DNA of 63,897 nt, filler included. It is 12 parts of 12 records of this genome, joined end to end, with 100 filler letters (N's around TTAATTAATTAA, not from the genome) between each part and the next. Parts side by side here need not be neighbours in the genome. Positions count along the whole stretch, not along the records: positions 24,751 to 38,030 come from SRR15195285_3218; positions 38,131 to 44,038 come from SRR15195285_3220; positions 44,139 to 47,196 come from SRR15195285_3224; 9 more parts are not named here. One strand, 5' to 3'. A model generated the notes under the pieces. That model was not told the DNA's origin. It was given only the letters and a program-made list of their open reading frames with translations, and did not search any database. Made by a program: the position numbers and the translations under genes. Below, piece by piece: positions 31,201-44,516 of this stretch (the stretch's first letter is position 1; each line of letters starts with the position of its first letter).

Positions 31201-34200
31201 CAATGAAAGAAGACGAAGACCATGGGTCCGTTTTCACCAGGCGAAGCAATAACAACCAGGTCAGGTGCATCACGGCGACAAAGAACACGACGCCGATCCA
31301 ATTTGCTGGCACGAAGCTCCATGTCCGGACATGGCGAAGCGAATCATGCCGCCACTTTGCCATTGGCCAACCGTTCACATCCTGCTCACGACGCTGCGAC
31401 CCGTCCAGTCCAGCAATGCACACAAACACACCAGTGCAAAAGTAAACACCGCTGGCGATGGAGCCGCTCCATGCGCCGGCAATGATCATGCATGCGGCTG
31501 TGATCAGGTCGCCAAGTTGTGACTGCGTAATCACCCAGAGCGGTAGCTGCGCGGTCGACGGCCTGCGAATCTGGCTGCCGCGATACAACCACACAACAAC
31601 GAAAAAGGCAATTGCGTCCGGCCAGATGCTGGCCCATGGTCCGGGCGGAATGTTGGACGTGTCTTCCACCGCAAAGATTCGCAGCAGCTTCACAGTACAG
31701 TTAACGTTTTGTTCATCAATGAGGCGCGTCATATTGCGCAGTTCTTGGCAATCAGCATCGACCATCTGCGCCAAGTACTTCGCGCCGATCGTCACCCCCA
31801 GCCACACAATTGCAAGGACAATGATGCCGTCAATCCACTGCGTTCCGGTATGAACAGGCTCGGCTTCGGACTCGTGCTCGGGCTCAGGCTGGGGCTCGTG
31901 CTCGTGCTCAGGTTCAGGTTCAGGCTCGGGCTCGGGCTCAGGCCCCATCGCAGCTAGCAGTTTGTCCAGCGTCGGTCTGTCCAGCGTCTCCCTAACGCTG
32001 CAACTCACAATGCTCACCAGTGCCACGACCACAGGCACACCAAAGGGAGTCCAGCACTGGCGTAGAGTTGTCAGAAAGTCGGAATGGCCGTCATGCGCCG
32101 CACACGCTTCGTTTGCTGAAAGTCCAATGACATTTGCCCATCGAACAGCGGCTGCAGTGAGCCATTCGGGGCGACCCATACACTGCCACGAATACAATGC
32201 TAGCACCACGATCAAACAATAAAAGAGTGAGACACGGCCAGCCTTGGCCTGCCCATCCGTGGATGAGGTAGCACCCCACAATGCCACTGTAAGGTACAGT
32301 GCGTGTAGGAGATCAGCCTTCTTCTCAGCGGATTGGAAAAAAGACGGATTCAATCCGCTGATCAGCAACGCAGCCCACAACGGGTAGAAAGCACAACGCC
32401 TAATCCAGATCACAAGCAACTTTGCTCCCTTTATGCCGAGCTTCTCAGCTGCCGCTACAATCTCTGGGGACACCTCTGTGTCAGTGGCCTGCGAATGCTG
32501 CTTTGAATCCCGCTGCCGATTGTCAGCCTCCTCCGGGCCGTCCCTCGAAGCTACGTCCGCACTCTCCACAGACGTGACCATTCCCGCGGCAACTGCGCTC
32601 TTGAGCTGCTCCTGGTCCGTGGCATTGGAATCGCGGAGGGTCCGTGGCAGCTCAAATGTCACCGCATCTTCGGGCTCGGGCTCGGGCTCGATTGTGGCTT
32701 CGGGCCCCAAGTGACCATCGACAGGTGGATGCTCGGGCTCAGGTTCGGGCTCGGGCCCCGTCGCAGCTAGCAGTTTGTCGAGCAGACTCTTGGACAGATC
32801 AGGATTTTCGGAGAGGTTCTCTAGCGTTTCCCACAGCTCTTTAGCCGAATTGCGCAACAGACTACGCTTTGCTTCTGCCCATTGCTCGCCCTGTTTCAAA
32901 ATAGCCTCTACGCGTGGTCTTAGCTGTGCGATTGCGAGTTCCTTCGATGCTGTGCCTCCACTATCACGCATCCGCAGCAGCAGTTTTGCTGGCTCAGCAA
33001 TGCCGGAGCGGAGCTCGTCAATGCTAAACTCCTCGGCGTTGTCTAGCGCCGCTTTGACGTCCTCCCAGGCCATTGCCTGCTTACTTACAAGCTGCTTCAT
33101 CTTAGGACGCAAAGACGCGATGGCGAAATTTCTCGCAGCCGGGCTGCTGGGATGTTGCAGGCGCTTGAAAAACGCTTCAGGATCTTCTACTGCAGACTGC
33201 ACCTCGTCCAAGCTATCCAACGGCTCTAGAGCACCACGAATTTCATGCACCGACAAGTCCAGTCCTTGTGCCCCGAATAAAGGCACAAGCCTTTTGCTCA
33301 CAATTGTCTTCAGCAGCCGCAGGGCCAAATCTGCAGGCTGCTCGATGCCTGCCTGCAGCTCCTCAAGTCCGGCGCTGTCCACTGCAGGAAGGATAACCTC
33401 CCATCGCAGGCTACGCTCCTCTATCTGGCGCTGCAACTTCGCCTTCACACTGTTCCGGGTCAGCTGCTGTCGTGCGATGAACGCTTCTGGATCACGCATC
33501 ACGTCTTGGAGTTCGCGAATATCGTGAATTCTGTTGAGCGCTTCGCGAACGACCGTTTCGTCGAGACCCCGTTTCTTGGCACTTCTCTGGATAGCGTCCC
33601 GCATCAGCTGCAAACAGAGATCCTTCGGTGCTTGCCGCGCTTGGCTGAAGACGGCCTGAAGTTCCGACAAGCTGTTCTGTCGTCGAAGATAATCACTGAC
33701 CTCTCGGCGCGTGCTATCATCGCCGATATTCTTCATCACCTCCAGTTTTTCAATCTTGCTTGCAAGTGCGTTGCGGGTCGCCTTTACGCACAGATCTTTC
33801 GGCTGACGCAGGGCTTGCAGCAACTCTGTGCTTGAGAGTGAAGCTATGTGCGGCTGCAGATCGTCCCACATGATGCCGAATGGCGCTATGAGGGGTTTGA
33901 CAACCGGTGCCACCTGGTCGTTGATGATGGTAGTCTTTGTCTGGCCAAACTTTTTCATCACAGCCGTCCGTGCAGGTTCTATAAGGCCGTACAAATAGCG
34001 CACAGCTCTCGAAGATGCTTTGAACCTGGATGCCGATGCCGTTGCGACACGGGCGGTCCAGTCAGCAACCACACCCTTCGGATCCACTGCACCGGCAAAG
34101 CCAGCGAACGCCAGGCACTGGATAATGAATCGTCCACCGAACTTGCCGAACAGTGGTTTGCCTAACTTTGAACCGCCGCCAATTGCAGCGGACACCAGCC

Positions 34201-37200
34201 AGTGCATGTCACACCAACGCGTTGCGTTCTGTTTGACGTCCACCAGATCGCCCCAGGACCCTGAGGCCGAGCCAACGTCCGATGGGCACCGGTCATCCCA
34301 CAGTGTGTGCGTGCAGTCGTAGAGGTATTGAAACAATATCAAGGCTGCCACGATGCAGAATGTTGTGACCCACGCACACCGCAGGCACGCACACCGCAGG
34401 CTTCGTTGCGACTTGGTTGCATAGGTGAGACAAAATAGGTAGATGGGCACGACCATAGCCAGCAAACACTGCAATGCCATGATGAGCACCAGTGCGCATG
34501 CAGCAGACAGCGGTATGGTGGGCAGCTGGCTCCTTTCATCCCGTCGGTCCACCATCGCATCATTCTGGAGTGCAGAACCTTGCTTTCCATCAATCGCAGC
34601 CAAATCGTCCAGCTTCGGCTGCGACTGTGGCTGCGGTTCTGGCTGCGGTTCTGGCTGCAGATCCAGCTGCGGATCTGGCTGCAGATCCGACTCGAGCACA
34701 AGCTCGAGCTCGGAGCCGATGAAAAATTCGAGCAGCTTTCCGACGTCACTTTCATCAAGTCCGGGCTGCTCACGTTTGTACGCGCGGGCCACGCGGTCAT
34801 GCAAACCGGCCAAGTCTCGCCTTTCTTTGGCAGTCGGAACGCACTCGTACGAATCCTCCGTCTGCATCAATTTTTCCTCACAAGTCCTATCAGAATGGAA
34901 GACCGGCATAAAGCCTTGGATGTTGAAAGCCCAGTGGTGGTCCGCAACCTCTGTAGGATGCCGCCGCCCGAAAATGTATCGGTCGGACCCACCGGTTGGT
35001 CGATGATCCTGCAAGTACGCCTCCAGGAACTGGTGCTGCAAAAGTGCCGCGCAACAGGAAAGCAGTGCCAATCTAGCACCAATGTTGATAATCAGCTCAG
35101 CATGAAGCACACCTTCAGCTGGAAGGCTGAAGAACACAGCAGCTGTGCCGTTGGTGGGGATGTTGAAACTCAGAACAGCAAAGTCGACAAGCAGATGACA
35201 AGCGATGTATACGGTCAACGGCCACAAACATGATCCGCAAACCGGTGGAGTCATGGCGCTTGACTGCAGGTCGTTGATGTGGTCGGACTGGCGGAGCCAA
35301 AGTACATGCCAGCCAAGAAACCCGGCAGGCAGTAGAAGATATGGAACGTGCAAGAGTGTCCGCGAGGTACCACACGCAACAATTAATGCTGCCACTGCAG
35401 TAAGTTTGATCACAACTATTTTCGCGGGCGAGAACCTATCTCTCTTGCGCACATACTGCATGTGCGAGAACAGTTCCACCCTCCGTTTCGTTGAGCACTC
35501 TGGCTCCGGCTCGACATGTGCAGCGTGCACGAGGGCTGACCCACCGTTCCATATCTCAAAGGCCGCTATGACAAGGGCGACGGCATCGAAAACTGTGTTC
35601 AGCGCGCCCTGAGTGCTCCCGCCAAACCAGTCAGCCGGCCCAACAACGTGTGCCCACCATTCGTCGCCAGGGCGCTTCAAATGGATCATGAAGAGCGCGA
35701 TCACGCCCACAACAAATGGAGCGGTTACCACCACAGCATCGTAGCACCCAAGGCCACCTCGAAGACTGCGCAACGGCAACGTCGCGAGCACAAGTCCCGC
35801 TAGGACAGCTACCCATCCACTTTGGGCACCGCAGACAAGGGCCAAACTGACGCCTGCAAACACATCTCTCCACCCACGCTGCTTGTTGTCGACAAAAGTC
35901 AAGCGGTTCTCCATCCAAAATTCTAGCAGAACATTCTGAGCGTCAGGCAAGGGCAAGCGGTCTTCGTTAATCTTGTGAACCTTGTGCTGAAGGGCTTCCC
36001 GCACCTCAGCTTGAATCTCAGAATCACGGGTTTGTCTTGGGGATTTTTGAAGGGCCAACGAAGCCCGTTTCATGCTCATGCGCGGGCTTAGCATGTCCGA
36101 CAGCTTGGAAACTAGACCGGTGCTCTGAGTAGAGCTACTCAGATACATTTCCTCGGCCTTGGCCTTGGTGTTTGTGTCTCCAACGCGATGGTAATTTTCT
36201 TGCAGCAACGACCAGAGTGAAACTAGCACTAGCAACAATGTGCACAGACACGGCTTTCCAACGGCGCACACAGCAAGCTTGCTTGCCTGCGGCAGATGCG
36301 CCAGGAAATGGTACAGCACATATATAGCTATCAACAGAAACACCAGCAGAACGACGTCCGCAAGAAACAGGGACAAGCTGTCTTGTTGCATGAACGCTGC
36401 AACTAGTACGACGGCCACCAAAAGCGTACCAAGGTCGGCATTGCCTTGCTTTTTATCTGCTTTGTACAACGTCCACGCTATCGGAATGAACGCCATAAGC
36501 AGCGGGAAAAGGGCAAAACTCCAGAGGCAATTTGTGTGGCAAACAAAATCCACGAGCGACGAACAACTCCACATACATGCCTTGATAGTGGGATTGTAGA
36601 ACAACGACATAAATGTAATCATAATCGCTGGTACAGCAAGGTTGAACAGCAAGTCCACCGTTTGTGGCTCGTTCCCAAGCCTCCGCAACTGCCCCTTGCA
36701 ATTTGCGAGTGTGTCTGCGGCAATCATCCAGCGAAGAACCTCCTTTGCGTTCCACGCAGGATATAGAAGCCTCAACCAACGCGGCGCGGAACGGGCATCT
36801 GCTGCAAGATGTGATGACAGGTCGAGGAATTGGAGCATGTGGAGCCAGCTCTCGTTGATTTTGTATGGCACAATGTCCACTTCTTCTGTTGCCCACATCA
36901 CGAACCAGTAGAACGACGTCAATGCCACAAGCACGACGTCAAAGCCAAACCATACCCAGACACCGGAATCGAATGTCGCGGGCCAAGCAAGGTCCACTTG
37001 AAGCACCCCAAAAGCCCACGCCGCCACAGGCGGGGTTGCAACCAGCACCAAAAGCCGCACCACCCCCCACGCAAATGAGTACACTGCACTTCCGCAACTC
37101 TGTCCCGGCATTGGCCGCAGCGGGTGCCACTGAAATCGGTGGGCGCTTGCGAGAGTGGCCGCCCCCAAAGCAATGAATGTAGCTGGCGGAGCATGTCGAT

Positions 37201-37936
37201 AATACGATATCATTGCTGCGCAGAGCACGACCAGCCCAAGACCAAGTAAATGGACCCAGTAATCATGCTCGCGCGTGAGCCCGCATCGTGGCCCGCATTT
37301 AGCTCTAACCACATTTGCTGCCTCTGACAGCCAAAGCGCAGCAATCCACGAGACAGCTGTCACGCACAATAGCAAAACGAATGTCACATGGGCAGCGGCG
37401 CTCCAAATCGTCCGAAGCGAAGCACAGCCGCCGATGAGCATCAGCATTATACCAATGGCACCCACCCACTTCGCATTGGCACGACTTTTGTAGTAGTGGC
37501 GAATCTCAGGCTCAGTTCTGTTGGAGTAAAATCTCGCTACCGCGAATGACTCGAGCTCGCGATCGGCCCCTGTCCGTGGTTCGGGTTCAAGTTGGTTCTC
37601 CTCATCCCCTTGCCTCACACTTACCGGTATGCTCTTGGCATTTTCGGGGGAAGGTTTGGGCCCGCGGAGGTTACTGTCGTTTGGGTCTGAATCCGCGTTC
37701 GATAGGGCGGGCTGGACTGTGACCGTCCGCACAGGGGGGGAGCGGGGGGGAGCCACACCGGGGCCGTCTTCTCGAAGGGGCTGACCCAGCTCCTCGGTGC
37801 GTGACTGCGAAAACAGCCCAGGCGCCTGCCTAACCTTTGGCATGCTGTACGCGCCAGCCTTGACTGAGCTTGAGCTCGCGTTGCCGCCTGGGCTCCGGGC
37901 TCCAGGCTCCGGGCTCCAGGCTCCGGCTCCAGCCAC
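25236..37936 (-). CDS. PIEZO: Piezo-family mechanosensitive channel, ~4,100 aa, atypical architecture
   Basis: Exons 37936-27234, 27175-26990, 26924-26185, 26125-26061, 25998-25925, 25863-25673, 25606-25236 (all GT-AG, total 12330 nt, in frame). Hallmarks: DTYT TM, VLDRWIYL..ARRLKL, QSALQIMHGY, anchor FPFKEFAYMIDWV...TALSLKDFIRVEELY, inner helix LSIYWTTALFVFREAR, CQAIFDAR, EEEALHEELKDIY. Start uncertain (GTG 37936; first ATG 37843; may be truncated). Confidence 0.88.
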
Positions 37937-38130
37937 GACAGGTTGGCCACTTGGCCTCGGCCACTTTCGTCGCTCCCGGAGCGGCCGCGCGCGGTTCGAC
38001 CGCCGCCGCCGCGGGTTGCCGCCCGGCGCCNNNNNNNNNNNNNNNNNNNNNNNNNNNNNNNNNNNNNNNNNNNNTTAATTAATTAANNNNNNNNNNNNNN
38101 NNNNNNNNNNNNNNNNNNNNNNNNNNNNNN

Positions 38131-41100
38131 TGCATGCTATGCTTTCTCAGCAGGGGCTCCCAAAACAATCGCATCTCGTTTGTTATTGCCGAAGGCTTCA
38201 TGTCTGCATCCCTCTTGTCACTGTAAGCGTCTTCAAAGTCTAGGCACGAGTGCGTCTGACTAACCTGCTTGGTCGATTCATGTGAATCTGCAGTTGTCTG
38301 TGCAGTGCCATCAAATGTAGCCTGCTGAGTGTCAGCCTTCAAACGCCAGCACTTTGCTACTAGCTTGATACTTTGATGGATATATGCTCTACGAAACAGT
38401 CGCTGAACATCATCACGTCGCACTTCTGTAGACACTAGAAGTAGTTTTCGCCCACATATCGTTCGGTACTTGGTCGCATTGTGGCGGCCTGCTTGAAATG
38501 CATTCACCGTCGCAATTGCCTTTGTATGCATGCGCCATGTTTCCATTGCAGATGTGGAGGCACTCTGAAGCCCGTAGACCCGGCTGACAGGACGCGTCTC
38601 CTCCAGATCACCATCCGGGTTACCATCTGCGTGCGCAGCTGCGGTCCCAACACTCGATTCGATGTTCTGTTGTGCGGCCACAAAGGCCAATGCTATTCGC
38701 ATTTTTCTCGTGCGTCGAAGACGCTCGGTTGTCTCGTTGGTGAGAGCACTGGTGAGCGAACTATCGTCGACCTGATCACGTTTCGATGTTGGCAAAAGAA
38801 TATTCACTACAATGCGTTCGGATGCTCGATCACCACAACTATCTTCAGTCCAACGCTGTGATGACTTTACCACACCTGTGTGGCCAACGAAATCTGAGAT
38901 CTGGTGGTCTAAAATGCGGACCACATCGCCTTTCTTGAGTGGCTTCTTACTGCTATCGATCCATGTCGTAGCAATCCCCCGGGCTGTTGTAATTACTGCA
39001 AATATCGATGGAGCAACAGCAGATACAATATTGGAACCCACAAGCAGCTGATCATAGAAAGCGATCCCCATCTTCTCGCCGGCCAGGTTTATTTTTATCA
39101 TCAAGAGGCACAACATTGTAATGAAGAGATTTGCCTCGGATACAATTGCAATTCGATCGGTCGTTGCGGACTTGTATGGCGTAGTCTTAGCAAGAGCAGC
39201 AAAGAATAAGAACGAAACAACCAAGCCCCAAAACAGCTGGGTGATGCTGCCAGGTTCGACAAAAATTAGAACCCCCGTGAGCACAAGCTTTTTGACATAG
39301 ATCACTGGCTCCCACCAATAAAATTCCGGCTCGTACGCTCGACAAAGGAAGGCATAACGCTCAACAGCCGAGTTTCTATCGTCCACGCGACGCTGCAGAT
39401 CGTCTGCAATTTTTTGGCGCAGATGACGCTGTCGTTGGCTTTCAACCTCTGTGCGGCCGTGAAGCTCCAATATATTCGTCTGCACAAGTTTACTAGGACG
39501 ATGGTTCCGTGCTGTCCGCAGTGCGTATCTATAGAGTTCATCTAACGTCAAGAACCCGTTGTTGTCAAAGTCGATATCAGAAAATATTCGGCGAACCTCG
39601 GTCTCAGTCCACGGTATGTCACTGTCAATCGCACGCACAATTCTCGCGAACACCTGGGGGCTGATAGCGTTTGACACGTCGTCGGAATGTGATATGTCAT
39701 CTCGATTTTTATACAATAGGTATAAAAACCCAAGTGGCACGCCAAGGGGAATCGCAACAGTAAGCACAATAAAAATCACGAGGTACACCTTATAAGATGT
39801 ACTCGTGCAATCAATTGATGTGTCCCGTTCGTGCCAACGCTCGCCAAAATCCAACTGGTGGCATGAATAAACTGACAGTATTGTTGACGAGACTGTGGGA
39901 TACATCACAAAAGTTAGCAGCATAATCCACTGCAAGCCTGTTTCAATGCGTTTCTCGTACTCCTTTGCAACTGTTGTCTCACGAATGGTGCGCATGCCAC
40001 CTGTTGACGAATTTGCTTTGGCGTTGCTGAATCGTGTAACCCGAAGAACCATCAATCCAGCCATCACCTTCCTAGCCTGTAGTGCTCGATGTGCCGCGTC
40101 TTCATCCTCCATTGTCACGACAGCCCAGGAAGTGCCCTCGTCCTCCTTAGCCCTGACTGTTGCTTGAATTACCTGACCAAATTGTTTGAACAGATCTATC
40201 ACCGCCTTCTCGCTGGCAAATGTCCGTGGAAGTCCGTGTACGTGGAGTTTAGCCAAGTTTTCAGTTTGATCTGGGTGTATGCGCATACTATTCGGTCGTC
40301 GGTGTGAGTTCCAGTAAACGAACGCGCTTACAAGGACAGGCAGCGACACTATCAAGCACGATTTTTCGACGTATCCAATCCTGATGTTCATGCAGTCGAG
40401 AGACACCATACTGAACACATCGAGACGTACCCATGCCAGTGACTTTATCATTGCCTTCATTTTTGTGCATAGATGTACCGGGCAATGAAACTCAAATGTG
40501 ACAGGGAGTTGAATAATGATTTGCAGATTTCCTATAATGATTCTCAACGTGTCCATCAGTAGATCCAAAGAACCGTCCTCAATGATAGGTTTGGAGTCAT
40601 CTGTTTGATCTACCTTTTTGACGTGCTGGCGAGCGACTTGTGACACCAAGTACTGCTTTTGCATCTCAGCAATTCGTTTGCGTGCGATAGAGCAAGCTCC
40701 CCGCATGCGCCAGTAGAGCAAAACAATCCCCAAAATTATCAAGACGGATGCGATTGGCAGTGCCCATTTAGAGCTGGATCCACACTTTGTGCAAATCTCA
40801 TCAAACGATCCTTCAAAGCCTGGCGAACACGTTCCACATAATGCGCCCTCGTGTCCTTGAGTGCATGTTCCTGCAAGGGTAAAGTTACAACCTTCAGGCA
40901 CTGGGCATGAAAACAAAGAGCGATCAAGCACAGCTGTTTGACTGTCGAGACCAGCTCCAAACAGCTTCTTTCCTCGGTTTGAAAAACTCCAACCAGGTTC
41001 AACGCGTGGCTCCAGACCTGGTTCGTCGCATATGGTACATCGCGGGCACCTCAAGCACTCTAGGCCTTGACTTATCTGCTCGCGCGTGCCATCGTATTCA

Positions 41101-43748
41101 CTCTTCAGGATCTCTTCGGAGCTTCCTCCTCTAGGAAAGTCGCCGTCAATGCAAAGAATGAGTCCGAACGACGAATTATAGTGACCGCTATCACAGACGC
41201 ATACAGTACCGTCCAGTGACGGTGTTGTACCGATGCTGCACGCTGTGCATCCGGATTGTTCGTTGTTCGGAACCTCGTTGCCAGGGCACCGAGAACACTG
41301 TGCTGCTCCCAATTTCCGCATCGTTCCTTGCGGACACACAAACGAAAACGTCGGTCTTACATCAGGGTCGATCGTGCTTGTTATAGGACTACTAAGCAAT
41401 GGACTTTCTGAATCATTGAGTTGATCATCAAGATTTTGTAGGACAGCAACCGCATTTGATGAAACAATGACAAACGTCACAATGGCATCCTGACGTTCCG
41501 CCAATTGTCTGCGTCCGTCTGATTCCACCACGACGAGGTCTGTAACATATATATCTGATCTGTCAATGTCCAGGGAAGAAGCGAGCTCTGTGACAAACGA
41601 AGTGGCAAACCTGCTTTGTTGTACAGATTCTGCAGCCAAAGCCGCTGGATCAATAGATGCCAAACGGAGCGAGATCTGGGGTAGAAATTTTGAAGTTGAC
41701 GGATTTTCACCGACACCATCCCCAATGACAGCAGCAACAGTATGAACATCTGTTAAACCATCAGATTGGCTGATATCGTCACACCGAACCTTTGCATGGT
41801 TCGCAACAGTACCACTTCCACATTCTTGACAAACTCCGAACGTCGAGATGAAGTTGCCAGTACATGGTCTGCATTGCGTCCGACTGTCATTCGGCTCTGT
41901 ACCTGGAGAGCAAGCTGAGCACGTCTGATGAGCGTCACCTACAACGTTCGGTGCAGGACACTCTTGGCACTGACCCGTGATGCTGTACTGAGTGCCAGTG
42001 CACGGCTCGCACGCGGTGCTGTTTGCGTTCGGACCCTCGCCCGCTTGGCAGGTGATGCAGCTCGCAGCGTTTGGCCCGACAACGTCATTGCATTGCTGAC
42101 ACTGCACTCCAAACTGAGAGTACGTCGACCTCGTGCAGTCGACGCACGCACTTCGATCTGCGTTCGGCTCTTTGCCTGGGCCGCAGCTGTCACAGAACGT
42201 GTGCGCTTGATTCGCCACTTTCCCGAGATCGGTGCATTGCTCGCACGAACTCCCGTGAGTGCTCACGTAACCACTGCCACAGTCGAGACAACCACTACGT
42301 TCCACATTCGGCTCCTTACCAGACGGACAGCTCGAACAAGATAAGTGTGTATCGTCCACGATGTTTGGAGAGGCACACTCTACACACTGACCAGTTGTGG
42401 AGTAGTTGCGACCGATGCAGGTCTTGCATGCTCCGTTGGTCGGTCCCGAGCCTGGACCACAGTTGAACGTGCATGCTGTTCGAGCGACGTCGGAGTACTT
42501 GCCGGCGGGGCACTCGGCGCACGCCGTCGACGAATCGAGATCAAGATCGACCTTACCATCGACGCAAGGTGTACACGCTGTTGCGCCGATGTAGTTCGGA
42601 GTGTTCGTCGCGCTTCCGACTGGGCATACCAGACAGGGCGTAGACACATTGTCGTCGTGATCAAACTCGCCCAGAGGACATGAGGTTGTTGTAGTGCAGC
42701 CAACAGGATACGAGAACACTCCGCAGTTGGTCACGTTCCACTGGAACTGGTTGGAATAATGCGGAAAACACTCGGTGCACGTAACGATCGGGTAGCCGAC
42801 GTACCCGTCCGCACAGCGCCGTTTCAAGCCCGAAACTGTCGTGGCATTTGCGATGAGATCATAGCCTGTGGGGGAGTTGCCAAACGGTGTGCATTCCGCT
42901 TCGCAATGATAGGGACGTAATTCATGGCCATTGAAAAAGTCGTTTTCTAGCAAGACTGAAATTCTGTCGTGGTGTCGCCCTTGAGACATCTCACTCTGGA
43001 GGTATTCATCTATCCACAAGTCATCGAAGAGGCAGGATCTGTAGTAAAAACCACCATGGTTTCTAATGTCCATCGGCGCGTTCCATGGTGCAGCATTTAG
43101 ACAAATATTGTTGTAAAAGGTGAGGCTGTGTCCTGGGCAGTAGTTGATGCGCATTCCGGAAAGCGAAAACATGTACGACATGTCCGTGGCCGACGTTGGC
43201 GTCCACGAGCTTAAATCGACACCAAATGCTGTAGCCTGTTTGAATGTATCCTTGAAACTTTCGACATTCGCGACATTCCACGAAGATATATCGCCCGAAA
43301 AACTCGTTGCTATGTAAAACATCGCGTACATGTTGACGCAAGATGACGTGTCCCACCGGGAAATATCCTCGTTGAAATGGGTTGAAAGTGCAAACAAGCC
43401 TGCGTGCCAGATTTGGTATGGCGGATGATAATCCTGAAACGGGCACCAATCCAAGGCTTGATCCCCAGTTGGTGTATCCCAGCAGTTGAAGGTGGTCACA
43501 CCGCTAACATCCCACGTTGAAATGTGACCGTACGTTGCGTAGGTTTCTGGGCAATCGTAGGTGGCGTCACACAGACCACTCCACCCGGCACATTGCACTT
43601 CTGTGGAGAGCACTCTGGACTCTACTTTGCACTGACGAACCGCTGCAAATAGCAGTTCGTTTGTCATCACGAAGCCTGTCACAGCCGATGGCGGGTCGTC
43701 TTCTGCGCGAACGCTGATGAGGGTCACCAAGGCAGCAAGTGTGCGCAT
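38131..43748 (-). CDS. Signal peptide, DUF285/BspA-like repeats, Cys-rich stalk, SEA-like domain, multi-TM core with inserted RRM and EF-hand; 3'-truncated
   Basis: MRTLAALVTLISVRA signal (ATG 43748); FNEDISRWDTSSCVNMYAMF / FSGDISSWNVANVESFKDTF repeats; CxxC repeats; NLQI, YP, FYWWEPVIYVKK TM core; RRM 40029-40250; EF loop DFDNNGFLTLDE 39537-39572. Confidence 0.82.
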
Positions 43749-44516
43749 GGCGAGGCCGTGAAGAGCGGAACTGGACCGTTGCCTGAAGCAGCGCACCGGC
43801 ACCAGGGACACACGCTCAGCACATGCCACACAGAGCGAGCGAAAGCACGTGGCCAGACAAGCGGAGGGAGAGGGAGGCAAGCATCTGTCGTGACCTTGTT
43901 CGACTTTGTTCCCTTCGCGATCGTTTCTCGTTCTCGTTCTCCCCCCTCCCCCTTCCCTCCCTGTGCGTTGGCCTGTGCGCTAGCAGTTTCTTGGTGCCTT
44001 GCAAGGGCGTCCCCAACGAACCAGCGAACCGACTGGGTNNNNNNNNNNNNNNNNNNNNNNNNNNNNNNNNNNNNNNNNNNNNTTAATTAATTAANNNNNN
44101 NNNNNNNNNNNNNNNNNNNNNNNNNNNNNNNNNNNNNNGACAGATATTGCACCTACGCCCGTGATGCATTTTTTCATGCAAGCACTCACACAAATGGAAC
44201 ACTACTAGATCTAGTAGGATCCTAAGGAAGAAATGCAAATGCAAACACTAAACTCCGACTCGCCAGCGACGCATCCATGTAGGTAGCGCGCGCTATACTA
44301 TAGTATGTAAAAATGCAATGCTAGCATATCGAGCATACCATACTATGAATAGTATATAGGAATTCCTACATGTAGTAGCGCCGCGCGCGCGCGGCCTTGA
44401 TTTAAAGAGCGCGCCGCCGCCGCGGTATACTGCGTGACGGATCGCCGTGACGCGTACCGTCGGTACGCATCGCGACGCACGACGGCAACGGATTTTCGAA
44501 CCTCGAGGTAGCAGAC

